Below, one piece after another: positions 43,247 through 52,989 of a DNA stretch of 64,000 nucleotides (within the stretch, counting starts at the first letter, position 1; every line of letters starts with the position of its first letter). Below the pieces are notes generated by a model that saw only the letters and a program-made list of their open reading frames with translations, was not told the DNA's origin and searched no databases. The stretch spans positions 1 through 64,000 of the forward strand of contig CDROCS010003817.1 of assembly GCA_977020255.1 (NCBI GenBank), given 5' to 3'. Origin of the DNA: Obrimoposthia wandeli. Taxonomy: Eukaryota. The translations under genes and the position numbers were made by a program.

Positions 43247-44518
43247 ATGAAACAGAGTGCATTAAATAAAAACCAACCGCTGCAGCTTAGAAGAAAAACA
43301 GCAGCCAACAAAAAAGCAATTACCTGCGCAACACTTGCAACCAGCGCTTTATTATCACTTTTAAGCAGTTCATTGGTGTTGGCACAAGGAATCAGCCTGT
43401 ACGATTATGACGAAGCAACTTCAGCTGTAGATGAAGCATATTTTACCGGAAGCTACTCAACTGAAAACAATAGAGGTGCAGATCAAAGTTCATACAATTT
43501 AGACCTTGGCGCTAATTTAGAAAAAGTCTTTAGCTCAAAAAGCAGAGACACTAGCTTTAAAGCAGATGTCTCAGGTAACTCAAGTAGAGGCAGCAATAAA
43601 GATGATAAATCTGTTAGCCGCTATCGCGCGGCCAGTAGCATCACGGTAGATAGCTATTTTGAGCCTGATAGTAACGGTATGTTTTGGTACGCCAAAGGCT
43701 CTGTTGCCGCTGATGATACCTTTAGTGACTTACAAACAAAACTCTCAGCGGGTGTAGGTTACGGACGTGTAGTCAATGTGACTCCAATGGCTAAGGCTAT
43801 TCGTTTAATCGATGAGCTACTTGTGCGCGGCGCCATTGATCAAGCGCCATCTAGAGAAGTTTATCAAGCCATTGCGAACATCATCAATAAAGAAGCTGAA
43901 TTTAAATCTCAATACGGGTCGCGCAGTAAGTTTTATCAACAGCATTGGATAGGTGCTATCGAAAAAATATTAATTGAACACCATGTAGTACAAAACGCTT
44001 TATCAGCACAAGGTATTTTAGCCATGCGCGATGTGTTAATTGATGAAAAAATATCCGTGCGTCGCCACGGCTGGAAAGTAAGAGCAGGTTTAGCTTATGT
44101 TGGTCGTAATTTTGAGGGAATCAAGAACAAGCCAGGATTAGAGCTAGGCGCAGAATACCACCGCCCTATTAATCTTAAGACTCAATTCTCTAATGAAGCC
44201 ACCTTGCTTAGTATTCTAGATAGTGATGTCGATTCTTATACATTTAATAACGACATGTCACTGACCTACGAGATAGATGACCGTCTAGACTGGATCAATA
44301 CTTGGGGGCTAAATGTTAATCACAGTGCCATAGATGGAGATGATATTATTACTAATTCACTTACCTCCACTTTAGCCTATGAAGTGGGTAATAACTTAGA
44401 CCTAACGGTTTCAGCAGGCCTAGATAAAAGTAGCGGCAACGATACTCGCAGCGCAGGTGACTTAAGAGACGGTACTGATAAAAAGTTTAATTTTGGGATT
44501 AGATATCGTCTTAGATAA
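43247..44518 (+). CDS. Outer-membrane beta-barrel protein with central helical insertion (possibly DUF481-like)
   Basis: Long basic signal peptide ending VLA-Q, amphipathic beta-strands with aromatic girdle, C-terminal FNFGIRYRL beta-signal. Confidence 0.72.
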   Translation: MKQSALNKNQPLQLRRKTAANKKAITCATLATSALLSLLSSSLVLAQGISLYDYDEATSAVDEAYFTGSYSTENNRGADQSSYNLDLGANLEKVFSSKSRDTSFKADVSGNSSRGSNKDDKSVSRYRAASSITVDSYFEPDSNGMFWYAKGSVAADDTFSDLQTKLSAGVGYGRVVNVTPMAKAIRLIDELLVRGAIDQAPSREVYQAIANIINKEAEFKSQYGSRSKFYQQHWIGAIEKILIEHHVVQNALSAQGILAMRDVLIDEKISVRRHGWKVRAGLAYVGRNFEGIKNKPGLELGAEYHRPINLKTQFSNEATLLSILDSDVDSYTFNNDMSLTYEIDDRLDWINTWGLNVNHSAIDGDDIITNSLTSTLAYEVGNNLDLTVSAGLDKSSGNDTRSAGDLRDGTDKKFNFGIRYRLR

Positions 44519-44665
44519 GCGACCTGATTTGTCGTTAATAATAATTTTATGATTTAAGCTATGCTTAACGCATCTATACTTAACAAACATCTCATCCTAG
44601 TTGGTTTAGGCTTGCCTGAGCCATCTTTGTTGAGCGATATATAGTCACACACAAAGGAGCAAGAA

Positions 44666-45406
44666 ATGGATTTATCAAAAAAATTAGTCGCTGAGTTTAT
44701 CGGCACATTCTGGTTAGTATTAGGGGGTTGTGGTAGTGCGGTATTAGCCGCAGCTTTCCCCGATGTCGGCATTGGTCTATTAGGTGTCTCGCTCGCATTT
44801 GGCTTGACGGTGCTAACAATGGCATTTGCTATTGGTCATATTTCGGGCTGTCACTTAAACCCTGCTGTTTCAATAGGCTTATTTGTCGCAGGACGCTTTG
44901 ATAAAGCTGAACTACTCCCCTATATTGCAGCGCAAGTGCTTGGCGGTGTTTTAGGTGCTGCTACATTGCTTCTTATAGCCAATGGTCAGCCAGATTTTAG
45001 TGCCACGGCATCAGGCTTTGCCGCCAATGGGTACGCAGAACATAGCCCTGGTGGTTTTAGCTTAACAGCGGCATTTGTGATTGAGCTGGTAATGACATTT
45101 ATGTTCTTATTTATTATTTTAGGCTCTACTGATGCGCGCGCTCCAGCAGGCTTTGCACCTATTGCGATTGGTTTAGGTCTTACTTTGATCCACCTCATTA
45201 GCATCCCTGTCACTAATACTTCCGTTAATCCCGCAAGAAGCACAGCCGTTGCCTTATTTACTGATCAATGGGCTATGATGCAATTATGGATGTTTTGGCT
45301 AGCACCTATTATCGGTGCTGTTTTAGCAGCGATTGTCTATAAATGGATTAGCGCTACCAAAAATAGCAATGAAGCGAGCACTGTTGAACCTAAAATCAGT
45401 AGTTAA
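44666..45406 (+). CDS. aqpZ: Aquaporin Z
   Basis: [31 protein letters not shown]. Confidence 0.96.
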   Translation: MDLSKKLVAEFIGTFWLVLGGCGSAVLAAAFPDVGIGLLGVSLAFGLTVLTMAFAIGHISGCHLNPAVSIGLFVAGRFDKAELLPYIAAQVLGGVLGAATLLLIANGQPDFSATASGFAANGYAEHSPGGFSLTAAFVIELVMTFMFLFIILGSTDARAPAGFAPIAIGLGLTLIHLISIPVTNTSVNPARSTAVALFTDQWAMMQLWMFWLAPIIGAVLAAIVYKWISATKNSNEASTVEPKISS

Positions 45407-45449
45407 GCGCTAAAAATACTAATCAAGCTCTTGTTTCATCTTAACTTTA

Positions 45450-45744
45450 TAGCACTTATCGTATTCTCTTGTTGAGTGAATACGTACATCACTTTAGGCT
45501 TGCTAAATCGCACTGTCACTTCGTTATGATTTTTGTAAAGGGGCAACCATTTACTGTAAATCAAGCCTCGTTACAATGCGATTTTTCTAAGCCTAAAATG
45601 ATGTTCAACTACCTATTTATGATTGAATAACAAACCAATCACACGGTATATGCAAACCCAATTGACGAGCTGAATAAGCTCGTTATTTTATATTTTTTGT
45701 TCGTCCAATGCCTCGGCCATCTTTAATTGTTCTAAATTATACAA
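45450..45744 (-). pseudogene. Internally deleted relic of a LysR regulator divergent from the PACE gene
   Basis: Own translation from TTG 45744: MYNLEQLKM (LysR N-terminus) then AEALDEQKI*NNELIQLVN...IGLLF...*...IAL*RGL; HTH missing, several stops. The 3' boundary is approximate. Confidence 0.58.
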
Positions 45745-45849
45745 AACCAACTATCCATCATTAAAAATGATACTTTTTAGCTTTATATCATCATTTAAAC
45801 TGATTAGCATTAGCCGTAAGTTTTTAGGATTTAAAATAAGGTATTTAAA

Positions 45850-46272
45850 ATGTCGACAAAAGAGCGTTTATTTCATACTGTTTTATTCGAACTAATTGCG
45901 CTGCTAATTTTTATCCCGCTTGCCACGTTTGTTACAGACAAAGGGTTCGAATCCATGACAGCGCTGTCGGTAATTTTGTCTTTAATAGCGATGCTGTGGA
46001 ATTACATATACAACCTTCACTTTGACAACATATTTGGTCATAACAGGCTTTCTCGTAGTTTCAAAATGCGGCTAGCCCATGGCCTAGGTTTTGAAATTGG
46101 CATGGTTGCCGCCTCATTTCCAATCATGATGTGGATGCTAGATTTTGATTTTTTAACTGTACTGGTAATGGATTTTGGCGCCGTACTCTTTTTCTTAGTG
46201 TACGCCATTATTTTTAATTGGCTCTATGATGTCATTCGCAAAGATGGCTTCAAACCTAAACTAGCAAAGTGA
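45850..46272 (+). CDS. PACE (AceI-family) efflux transporter
   Basis: Tandem BTP repeats ERLFHTVLFE...WNYIYNLHFD and RLAHGLGFE...FNWLYD. Confidence 0.93.
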   Translation: MSTKERLFHTVLFELIALLIFIPLATFVTDKGFESMTALSVILSLIAMLWNYIYNLHFDNIFGHNRLSRSFKMRLAHGLGFEIGMVAASFPIMMWMLDFDFLTVLVMDFGAVLFFLVYAIIFNWLYDVIRKDGFKPKLAK

Positions 46273-46402
46273 AAGCCGCTAAAGTTTTGTATAGATGTTA
46301 CGCACAAGTTGCAATTGTTTAATTATAATCACTGTTTTGTTCACTGCTATTGTGCAGTGTTTGCTATGATATAATTACAACAAACATTGATGAGACTTTT
46401 TT

Positions 46403-47272
46403 GTGACAAATCAAAGTGCTAGCTTAGCTACACCGATAAACCAATGGCATCAATTAATTGCAGATATCATCACCAACGGCTGCGATAATGCCGCTATTGA
46501 TCGGCTAATTGATATTTTACGCTTAGTGATAAATGCCGACGGTAGTTGCTTACTGATTTACCCTAAAGGTGCGCAGCCACAATGCCCTTATCGTAAACGC
46601 GAAGCGGGGGAAGATCCATGGAAGCACATTGAGCAATACTTACACAGCGCTTACTTGCTTGATCCTTTTTACCGTTTAGCAGCTGATACCCCCGCCTGCG
46701 GGGTATACACCCTTAAAGATGTCGCGCCAAATGGCTTCAAACAAAGTGAGCTTTATCGTGTTTACTATCGCCTGATTAATTTTGGTGATGAAATATGCCT
46801 GCTTATCCCGGTTGCAAACGAGCTAAGCATTCAAGTATCCCTGAGCAGGAAAAATGATAAACCCCTGTTTAATGCAACAGAGCTGTCATTAATTGAAGGT
46901 ATTTTTAGTATCGTTCAATCAATCTTGCAAAAATGGTGGCTAAGCGAGCAACAGCAAAGTAAAGATACGTTCCTGGACACGCATCTTGAAAGCGCTCTAC
47001 GCCACTTTGGTAGCTCTGTACTGACACAGCGAGAAAGTCAAATTTTGCAACTCATACTACGTGGTTATGCCGTTAAATACATGGCACAAAAATTATGTAT
47101 TAGTACTGAAACAATCAAGCATCACCGTAAAAACATCTACGCTAAGCTTGATATAAATTCACAGGCAGAACTGTTCCACCTGTTTATTGATTCCCTACGT
47201 ATTGTAACGTCCGACTCCCCTGCCGACCCACTCACTAACTACCTTAAGCCTAGTAAAAGCAAAGGTGGCTAA
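46403..47272 (+). CDS. LuxR-family one-component regulator with N-terminal sensor domain
   Basis: AYLLDPFY sensor motif and C-terminal LTQRESQILQLILRG...ETIKHHRKNIYAKLDINSQAELF HTH; GTG start. Confidence 0.9.
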   Translation: MTNQSASLATPINQWHQLIADIITNGCDNAAIDRLIDILRLVINADGSCLLIYPKGAQPQCPYRKREAGEDPWKHIEQYLHSAYLLDPFYRLAADTPACGVYTLKDVAPNGFKQSELYRVYYRLINFGDEICLLIPVANELSIQVSLSRKNDKPLFNATELSLIEGIFSIVQSILQKWWLSEQQQSKDTFLDTHLESALRHFGSSVLTQRESQILQLILRGYAVKYMAQKLCISTETIKHHRKNIYAKLDINSQAELFHLFIDSLRIVTSDSPADPLTNYLKPSKSKGG

Positions 47273-47278
47273 TATATA

Positions 47279-48604
47279 TTAACTACCAAAAATCAGCTGT
47301 GGTAGCCAAAGCGCTATCTGCGGGAAAGTAACCACTAACGCAAGGCCGATTAGCTGTAAGATAATAAATGGAATAACCGCTTTATATAAATCGTAGATGG
47401 TTATTTCGGGTGGCGCAACTGAGCGCATATAAAATAAATTATAGCCAAAGGGCGGGGTGAGATACGCCGTCTGCATACTGATAATAAACAGCACAGCAAA
47501 CCAAACTGTATCAAAACCTAACTCTTGTACAACCGGAATAAACAACGGTACTGTAATAAAAACAATAGCAAAATCGTCCAAAAACATACCTAAAACAAAG
47601 TAAGTTGCCAACATCGCGATAATCACCCAGTAGGGAGATAAATTAGTATCTTCTACCAATTCAGTAATCAGCGATCCCGCGCCTAAACCTATATATACCT
47701 TGCTGAAAAAAACCGCTGCGATAGTTATCCACAGCAACATCCCCATCAGTTTAGTCGTCTCTAATAATACCGACTTTAGCATGTCCCAATTTAACGTTCG
47801 ATAAATAGCAGCGCACAGTAAAGACCCTGCAGCACCTACTGCTGAGGCTTCAGAGGGCGATGTTATGCCTCCAATAATAAAACCCAATACCGTCCCGATC
47901 AATAACCCGGGTAAAATCAAAGCCTTTAACGCCTTAATTTTATCAATCCCGTAAACCCTTTCCTCCTTTCCTATACATGGTGCTGCCTGCGGATTTTTCA
48001 GAGCAAAAAAGTATATGTACAACATATAAATTCCCGCCAGCATCAAACCGGGCATCAAGCCTGCGGCAAAGAGCTTACCGATAGATTCGCGTGCTAAAAA
48101 TGCATAGACAATCATCAACACACTTGGTGGTATCAAAAACCCCAGTGCGCCACCCGCCATAATAGTGCCGGTAACAAGTTTCTTATCGTAACCACGTTTT
48201 AGCATTGAGGGTAGAGCGATGATACCTAAACTGACCGTTGCAGCACCCGATACCCCAGCCATCGCTGCAATGATTGCACAAATAATCACTGTTCCCATGC
48301 CTAAGCCACCTGGAATCCCACCCATCAACTTATTTATCATATCGAACAAATCATCGGTTATGCCTGAGCGCTGCAGCATTAACCCCATGAAAATGAACAT
48401 AGGTAAGGCAACCAACAGGAAGTTATCCATTGCAGAAAAAGCACTGGTTGCCAATAACTCCAGACCTGCAGGCCCCCATAAAAAATAAGCAGAGCCAACA
48501 CCTACACTCAACAATGCCCACACCAACGGTGCTCCCATTGCCAATAATGCAAGCATAGAAAGAAACATGCCCAACGTAACAACTAACGGATCGAGTTCAG
48601 CCAC
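47279..48604 (-). CDS. TRAP transporter large permease DctM
   Basis: LVALPMFIFMG, GGALGFLIPPS, YLTPPFGYNLF. Confidence 0.95.
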   Translation of the reverse strand: MAELDPLVVTLGMFLSMLALLAMGAPLVWALLSVGVGSAYFLWGPAGLELLATSAFSAMDNFLLVALPMFIFMGLMLQRSGITDDLFDMINKLMGGIPGGLGMGTVIICAIIAAMAGVSGAATVSLGIIALPSMLKRGYDKKLVTGTIMAGGALGFLIPPSVLMIVYAFLARESIGKLFAAGLMPGLMLAGIYMLYIYFFALKNPQAAPCIGKEERVYGIDKIKALKALILPGLLIGTVLGFIIGGITSPSEASAVGAAGSLLCAAIYRTLNWDMLKSVLLETTKLMGMLLWITIAAVFFSKVYIGLGAGSLITELVEDTNLSPYWVIIAMLATYFVLGMFLDDFAIVFITVPLFIPVVQELGFDTVWFAVLFIISMQTAYLTPPFGYNLFYMRSVAPPEITIYDLYKAVIPFIILQLIGLALVVTFPQIALWLPQLIFGS

Positions 48605-48636
48605 AAATGTACCTTTTATTTATTTTTGACAGTGGG

Positions 48637-49158
48637 TTAATCTTGTAACTTAGTAGGCATGCCACACACGCGCATCACACTTTCAAACAAATGTGCAATG
48701 CTTTGTAAAATCATCAAGCCAACAGCTAAAGGTAAAACAGATTTAAAGGGGTAGATAATGGGTGCCCAAGTACTTTTTGATGACACCTCCCTAATCTCCC
48801 AAGAATCGGCAGCGTAGCGAAACGTAATCACAAAAAACACGGTGAGCACCACTATGCTAATGGCACCTGTGAGGCAATCGAGCAGTGCCTGCCCCCTAAC
48901 CGGAAACAAGCTATAGATAACTTCACTGCGCACATGCCCATGATACCTGTGGGTGTAGACACCCGCGAGAATACAGAAAGTACCGTAGAGCATAGTGGTA
49001 CTTTCATGCGCCCATGAAGTGGGGCTGTTAAATACATAACGTGCCGTCACCTCATAGCCTAGGACTGCAATCATCCCAAGGCACATCCAACTAACAGCCT
49101 TACCCACCCACTCAGATACCTTATTTTGTAAATTTAGGTAGGCACAGAGAGTTATCAT
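48637..49158 (-). CDS. TRAP transporter small permease DctQ
   Basis: YEVTARYVFNSPTSWAHE, GHVRSE. Confidence 0.93.
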   Translation of the reverse strand: MITLCAYLNLQNKVSEWVGKAVSWMCLGMIAVLGYEVTARYVFNSPTSWAHESTTMLYGTFCILAGVYTHRYHGHVRSEVIYSLFPVRGQALLDCLTGAISIVVLTVFFVITFRYAADSWEIREVSSKSTWAPIIYPFKSVLPLAVGLMILQSIAHLFESVMRVCGMPTKLQD

Positions 49159-50174
49159 TACGCCCGGCCTGTCGCTTTAGCTGTAGCCTTCAATGCGGCA
49201 ATCGCTTTGGCGTTACGCTCTGACTTTTTAGCCTCTTCTTCCCAAACATCCTGCGCTGCAGCCGTTAGCGCATTTGAATCTTCACTACTTAATGAAGCAA
49301 ATTCAAAAATCCCTTCACTGTTAACATCTAAACAACCATTTACATTCCACGCATGCATATCGGTCGCGTGTTTAGCCGTTGCCAGTTCAATCACTTTTTG
49401 TTGATCCTTACTCATTGAATCCCATTTCTTCTTATTGATTAACATACCATCTGCATAGCCTGGATTAATCATATTCAATGACGTGTAGTACTTAGCCGTT
49501 TCATGTAATTTCAACGCTTTATATTCTAGAGAGCCGCCATAAATGACGCCATCAATCGCGCCGGTGGACAACCCGATATACAGTTCTTGACTCGGTAAAT
49601 AAACGGTGGGAATATCAAATTTTTCCAAAATTGCCGCAACGGTAGCCGTCGCTCGAATTTTCATATTTTTAAGATCAGACAGATTTTTAACCGGCTTTGT
49701 GGTTAGCAAATCATATGGACCACCAAAAATAGGCCCTAAATAGTGCACACCTTTTTCAGCATACGCTTCACTAATAAGTGCCGATAAGCCTTTAGATTGA
49801 TGTAAGTACATGGCCTCATCATAACTTGTCCAGGCACCTGGTATACCGCTTTCAATTTTTGCGATATCTAATTGACCAGACCAGTAACCGCCATAGCCTT
49901 GGCACATATCTAACGTCCCTTTAGATACGGCATCTAGCATTTGATCATTAGGTACTAGCTCGCCACCACGAAAGCGAGTAATAGACACACTACCATCTGT
50001 CGCCGCTTTAATATCTTTAGAAAAAGCTTTATACAGAGCATCCGTCTCTGTTCCGTAGAGTGTTTGCATACGCAAGCGCATCTTATCGCCGGCCATTGCC
50101 GCTGTCGATGTTGCTGCTAAAGGTGCCAGTGCCATACCGGTAATTGATGCTTTTAGTAAGTCTCTTCTTTTCAC
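49158..50174 (-). CDS. TRAP solute-binding protein DctP with twin-arginine signal (TakP-like)
   Basis: GTG 50174 after an AAGGA RBS gives MKRRDLLK Tat motif; GGELVP, ELYIGLSTGAIDG. Track start 50222 is over-extended. Confidence 0.9.
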   Translation of the reverse strand: MKRRDLLKASITGMALAPLAATSTAAMAGDKMRLRMQTLYGTETDALYKAFSKDIKAATDGSVSITRFRGGELVPNDQMLDAVSKGTLDMCQGYGGYWSGQLDIAKIESGIPGAWTSYDEAMYLHQSKGLSALISEAYAEKGVHYLGPIFGGPYDLLTTKPVKNLSDLKNMKIRATATVAAILEKFDIPTVYLPSQELYIGLSTGAIDGVIYGGSLEYKALKLHETAKYYTSLNMINPGYADGMLINKKKWDSMSKDQQKVIELATAKHATDMHAWNVNGCLDVNSEGIFEFASLSSEDSNALTAAAQDVWEEEAKKSERNAKAIAALKATAKATGRA

Positions 50175-50349
50175 AATCACTATCCTTATTATTAGAAATG
50201 AGCCAGGTAGTACCTGAATCATTTAATCTAAGACAAATCAAGCCCAAGCCTAAATCATCTAATCTGAGACGAATAAAACAAAGCTCGATACATTGCTTTG
50301 CCGTTTTGTAATCCAAGGACATTATTATTGATGTTAAATATTTAGTGTA

Positions 50350-50365
50350 TGCCCCAAATGGGGGA
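50350..50365. promoter_or_regulatory. Putative LuxR/NarL-type dyad upstream of the TRAP operon
   Basis: TGCCCC-AAAT-GGGGGA, GC-rich in an AT-rich context; centred about 41 bp from a plausible start following AATAAT (50321-50329, minus strand). Confidence 0.4.
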
Positions 50366-50459
50366 TAGCCATAGATAGCCTTTACGCATATATGCGCTCA
50401 AACAAAAACAACTGTGCAATTTACAACCCTTCTCGGCTTTCTCTCTTTTAAAAAATTAT

Positions 50460-50505
50460 TGTTGACGAAACAATAAAATGTCGACATTATTTAAATATGT
50501 CGATA
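50460..50505. promoter_or_regulatory. GntR-type (CsiR/GlaR-like) operator array upstream of glaH
   Basis: Palindrome AATGTCGACATT (50477-88) flanked by TGTTGACG (50460-67) and TGTCGATA (50498-505), at an exact 19-bp period. Confidence 0.6.
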
Positions 50506-50552
50506 CACTTCGATCTATAAACTTGCTTTGCAGTATTAAAGAGGATTTAAAA

Positions 50553-51506
50553 ATGACCGCCCAATTACCCATTAGCCCAGCTGAAATAGTCAACAAAGGC
50601 TTTTCTATTCAAAACCATTCGCTGAGTAATCGTCTACAGGTTGTTACTCTGAGCAATGACAGCGTACAAAAATTTCTCAATGCAACATCACAATGGCCTG
50701 TGCAGGCGATAGAATACAAACCGTTTCTACGTTTTCAAATCGCTAATTTGTTAGATCAACTGACGGAGCAAACGTTAAGCCTAGCGCTGCACAATATAAT
50801 GAGAAACAGAAAACAAGCCGCCTTTTTACTGCAATACGAAGGGCAACCTGACACCCAGACAAATACGGCAAAAACTGATTTTGACATCAAACTTTCCACC
50901 GCAATTTCACACTTAATTGGCATTCCCAATCACGATTCAATGTACGGTAAATATTACGCGCGATTTACTGTCAAAAACGTCGACAACTCAGACAGTTACT
51001 TACGTCAAGCGCATCGTCGTATGGAACTTCACAATGACGGTACTTATGTAAATGAGCGAACGGATTTTGTCTTAATGCAAAAGCTTGCTGAAGAAAACAT
51101 GCAAGGTGGTGAATCTTTGCTATTGCACGTAGATGACTGGGAAGAGTTAGACAAATTTTACCATCACCCTATGGCCAAGCAAGACATGGTATGGGGAGCA
51201 CCTAAATCTAAAAATGTTGAAACCAAAATGGTGCATCCCGTTTTTTTTGAAGAGGATCAACAAGGCGAGCCGCATATGCTGTTTATAGATCAATTTGTTG
51301 AACCGCAAAATATGGTACAAGGGCGTTACCTTTATGAGATGGGTGAATCGCTTGAGTCTGACCCTAACTATATTGCAGTGCCGCTCCCTCCTGGTGCTAT
51401 GCTGGTGGTACAAAACCACTGTTGGCTACATGGGCGAGACAAGTTTATATCTCACCCTAAATTAATGCGTGAATTACTTCGCCAGCGCGGTCAATTCACT
51501 GCTTAA
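50553..51506 (+). CDS. glaH: Glutarate 2-hydroxylase (Fe/2-OG dioxygenase CsiD/GlaH)
   Basis: IEYKPFLRF, GKYYARF, MELHNDGTYVNERTD, WLHGRDKF. Start at ATG 50553 after a GAGGA RBS. Confidence 0.95.
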   Translation: MTAQLPISPAEIVNKGFSIQNHSLSNRLQVVTLSNDSVQKFLNATSQWPVQAIEYKPFLRFQIANLLDQLTEQTLSLALHNIMRNRKQAAFLLQYEGQPDTQTNTAKTDFDIKLSTAISHLIGIPNHDSMYGKYYARFTVKNVDNSDSYLRQAHRRMELHNDGTYVNERTDFVLMQKLAEENMQGGESLLLHVDDWEELDKFYHHPMAKQDMVWGAPKSKNVETKMVHPVFFEEDQQGEPHMLFIDQFVEPQNMVQGRYLYEMGESLESDPNYIAVPLPPGAMLVVQNHCWLHGRDKFISHPKLMRELLRQRGQFTA

Positions 51507-51650
51507 CAAATTGTCATAATTTTCGGGCGTGCGTTATGCTGCCCGAACGTATTATTTCATTTAGATGAATTAGAGTGTATTTCTGCCACTCACTACGCGT
51601 GCTTAATTTTACTACTGTCTTTCATTTTAGAGACTTAGCTGAGAACATTT

Positions 51651-52865
51651 ATGACGTACGACTATATAATCATTGGCGCAGGCATTGTTGGTGTATCAAC
51701 CGCTTGGCAACTACAACAACGCTTTCCTGAAAAAAGTATTTTATTATTAGAAAAAGAAGCGGATTACTCCCTGCACCAAACGGGACATAACAGCGGCGTA
51801 GTGCATGCTGGGGTGTATTACGCTCCAGGCAGTTTAAAAGCCAAGTTTTGTAAAGAAGGTGTTAAAGCCACATTAGATTTTTGCCAAAAGCACGACATCA
51901 AATACAATCAGTGTGGCAAATTACTGGTTGCAACTAACCCTATTGAAATTAAGCGCATGCAGGCATTATACAAACGCTGTGCAGATAACGGTATCGATGT
52001 AGAATTACTAAATTCTAAACAGTTGCGCCAGCGCGAACCCAACATTGTTGGTGAAGGTGCTATTTTTGTTAAAGACACTGCCATCGTTAACTATCAAAGT
52101 GTTACCACTAAAATGGCCGAGTGTTTTATAGCAGCAGGTGGCCATGTCAAACTTAACCACCAGGTGGTAGCACTAAAAGAGAGTGCGCAAGAAATCACAG
52201 TACAGGTACAACACAACGCAAGCACAGTGACTTTTAAGAGCCAGTTTTTAATTACCTGTTCGGGATTAATGGCTGATCGTACCACCAAGATGCTCGGTAT
52301 AAAAACCGATTTCCAAATTATCCCCTTTCGTGGCGAATACTATCGATTACCGACTAAATATAACGGTATCGTCAACCACCTAATCTATCCCATTCCCGAT
52401 CCTGAACTGCCTTTTTTGGGAGTACACTTAACGAGAATGATCGATGGCACTGTCACTGTGGGCCCTAATGCCGTACAGGGATGGAAGCGTGAAGGCTATG
52501 GGCGAGTTAATATCTCAGTGAAAGACATTTGGGATATGCTACGTTTTGCAGGGTTTTGGAAAGTACTCAAAAACAATTACAAAACAGGGTTAATCGAAAC
52601 CAAAGACTCATGGTATAAACCTGGATATTTAAAGCGAGTGCAAAAATACTGCCCGCAGCTAAAGGTAACTGACTTACAGGCTTATCCTGCAGGTGTCAGA
52701 GCACAAGCGGTGATGAATGATGGGACACTAGTACATGATTTTCTCTTCGTGCAAAGCCCGCGCAGCCTGCATGTTTGTAATGCACCCTCTCCAGCGGCTA
52801 CCTCTGCCATTCCAATTGGCAATTACATTTGTGATAAGGTACTACAAGCGAGCCAAGCCCAGTAA
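51651..52865 (+). CDS. lhgO: L-2-hydroxyglutarate oxidase
   Basis: IIGAGIVG, HQTGHNSGVVHAGVYY, PFLGVHLT, CNAPSPAATS; follows glaH. Confidence 0.96.
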   Translation: MTYDYIIIGAGIVGVSTAWQLQQRFPEKSILLLEKEADYSLHQTGHNSGVVHAGVYYAPGSLKAKFCKEGVKATLDFCQKHDIKYNQCGKLLVATNPIEIKRMQALYKRCADNGIDVELLNSKQLRQREPNIVGEGAIFVKDTAIVNYQSVTTKMAECFIAAGGHVKLNHQVVALKESAQEITVQVQHNASTVTFKSQFLITCSGLMADRTTKMLGIKTDFQIIPFRGEYYRLPTKYNGIVNHLIYPIPDPELPFLGVHLTRMIDGTVTVGPNAVQGWKREGYGRVNISVKDIWDMLRFAGFWKVLKNNYKTGLIETKDSWYKPGYLKRVQKYCPQLKVTDLQAYPAGVRAQAVMNDGTLVHDFLFVQSPRSLHVCNAPSPAATSAIPIGNYICDKVLQASQAQ

Positions 52866-52989
52866 TAAGAGATAACAACACTGATTAGCGCTTGGCAAAA
52901 TAGCACTATTTTTTAGTGCTGCTTCCAATTTTATGAAGGTGTCATTTATCCCTCTCACTAAAACCGTAACGTTATGTCAATACCTTAAA

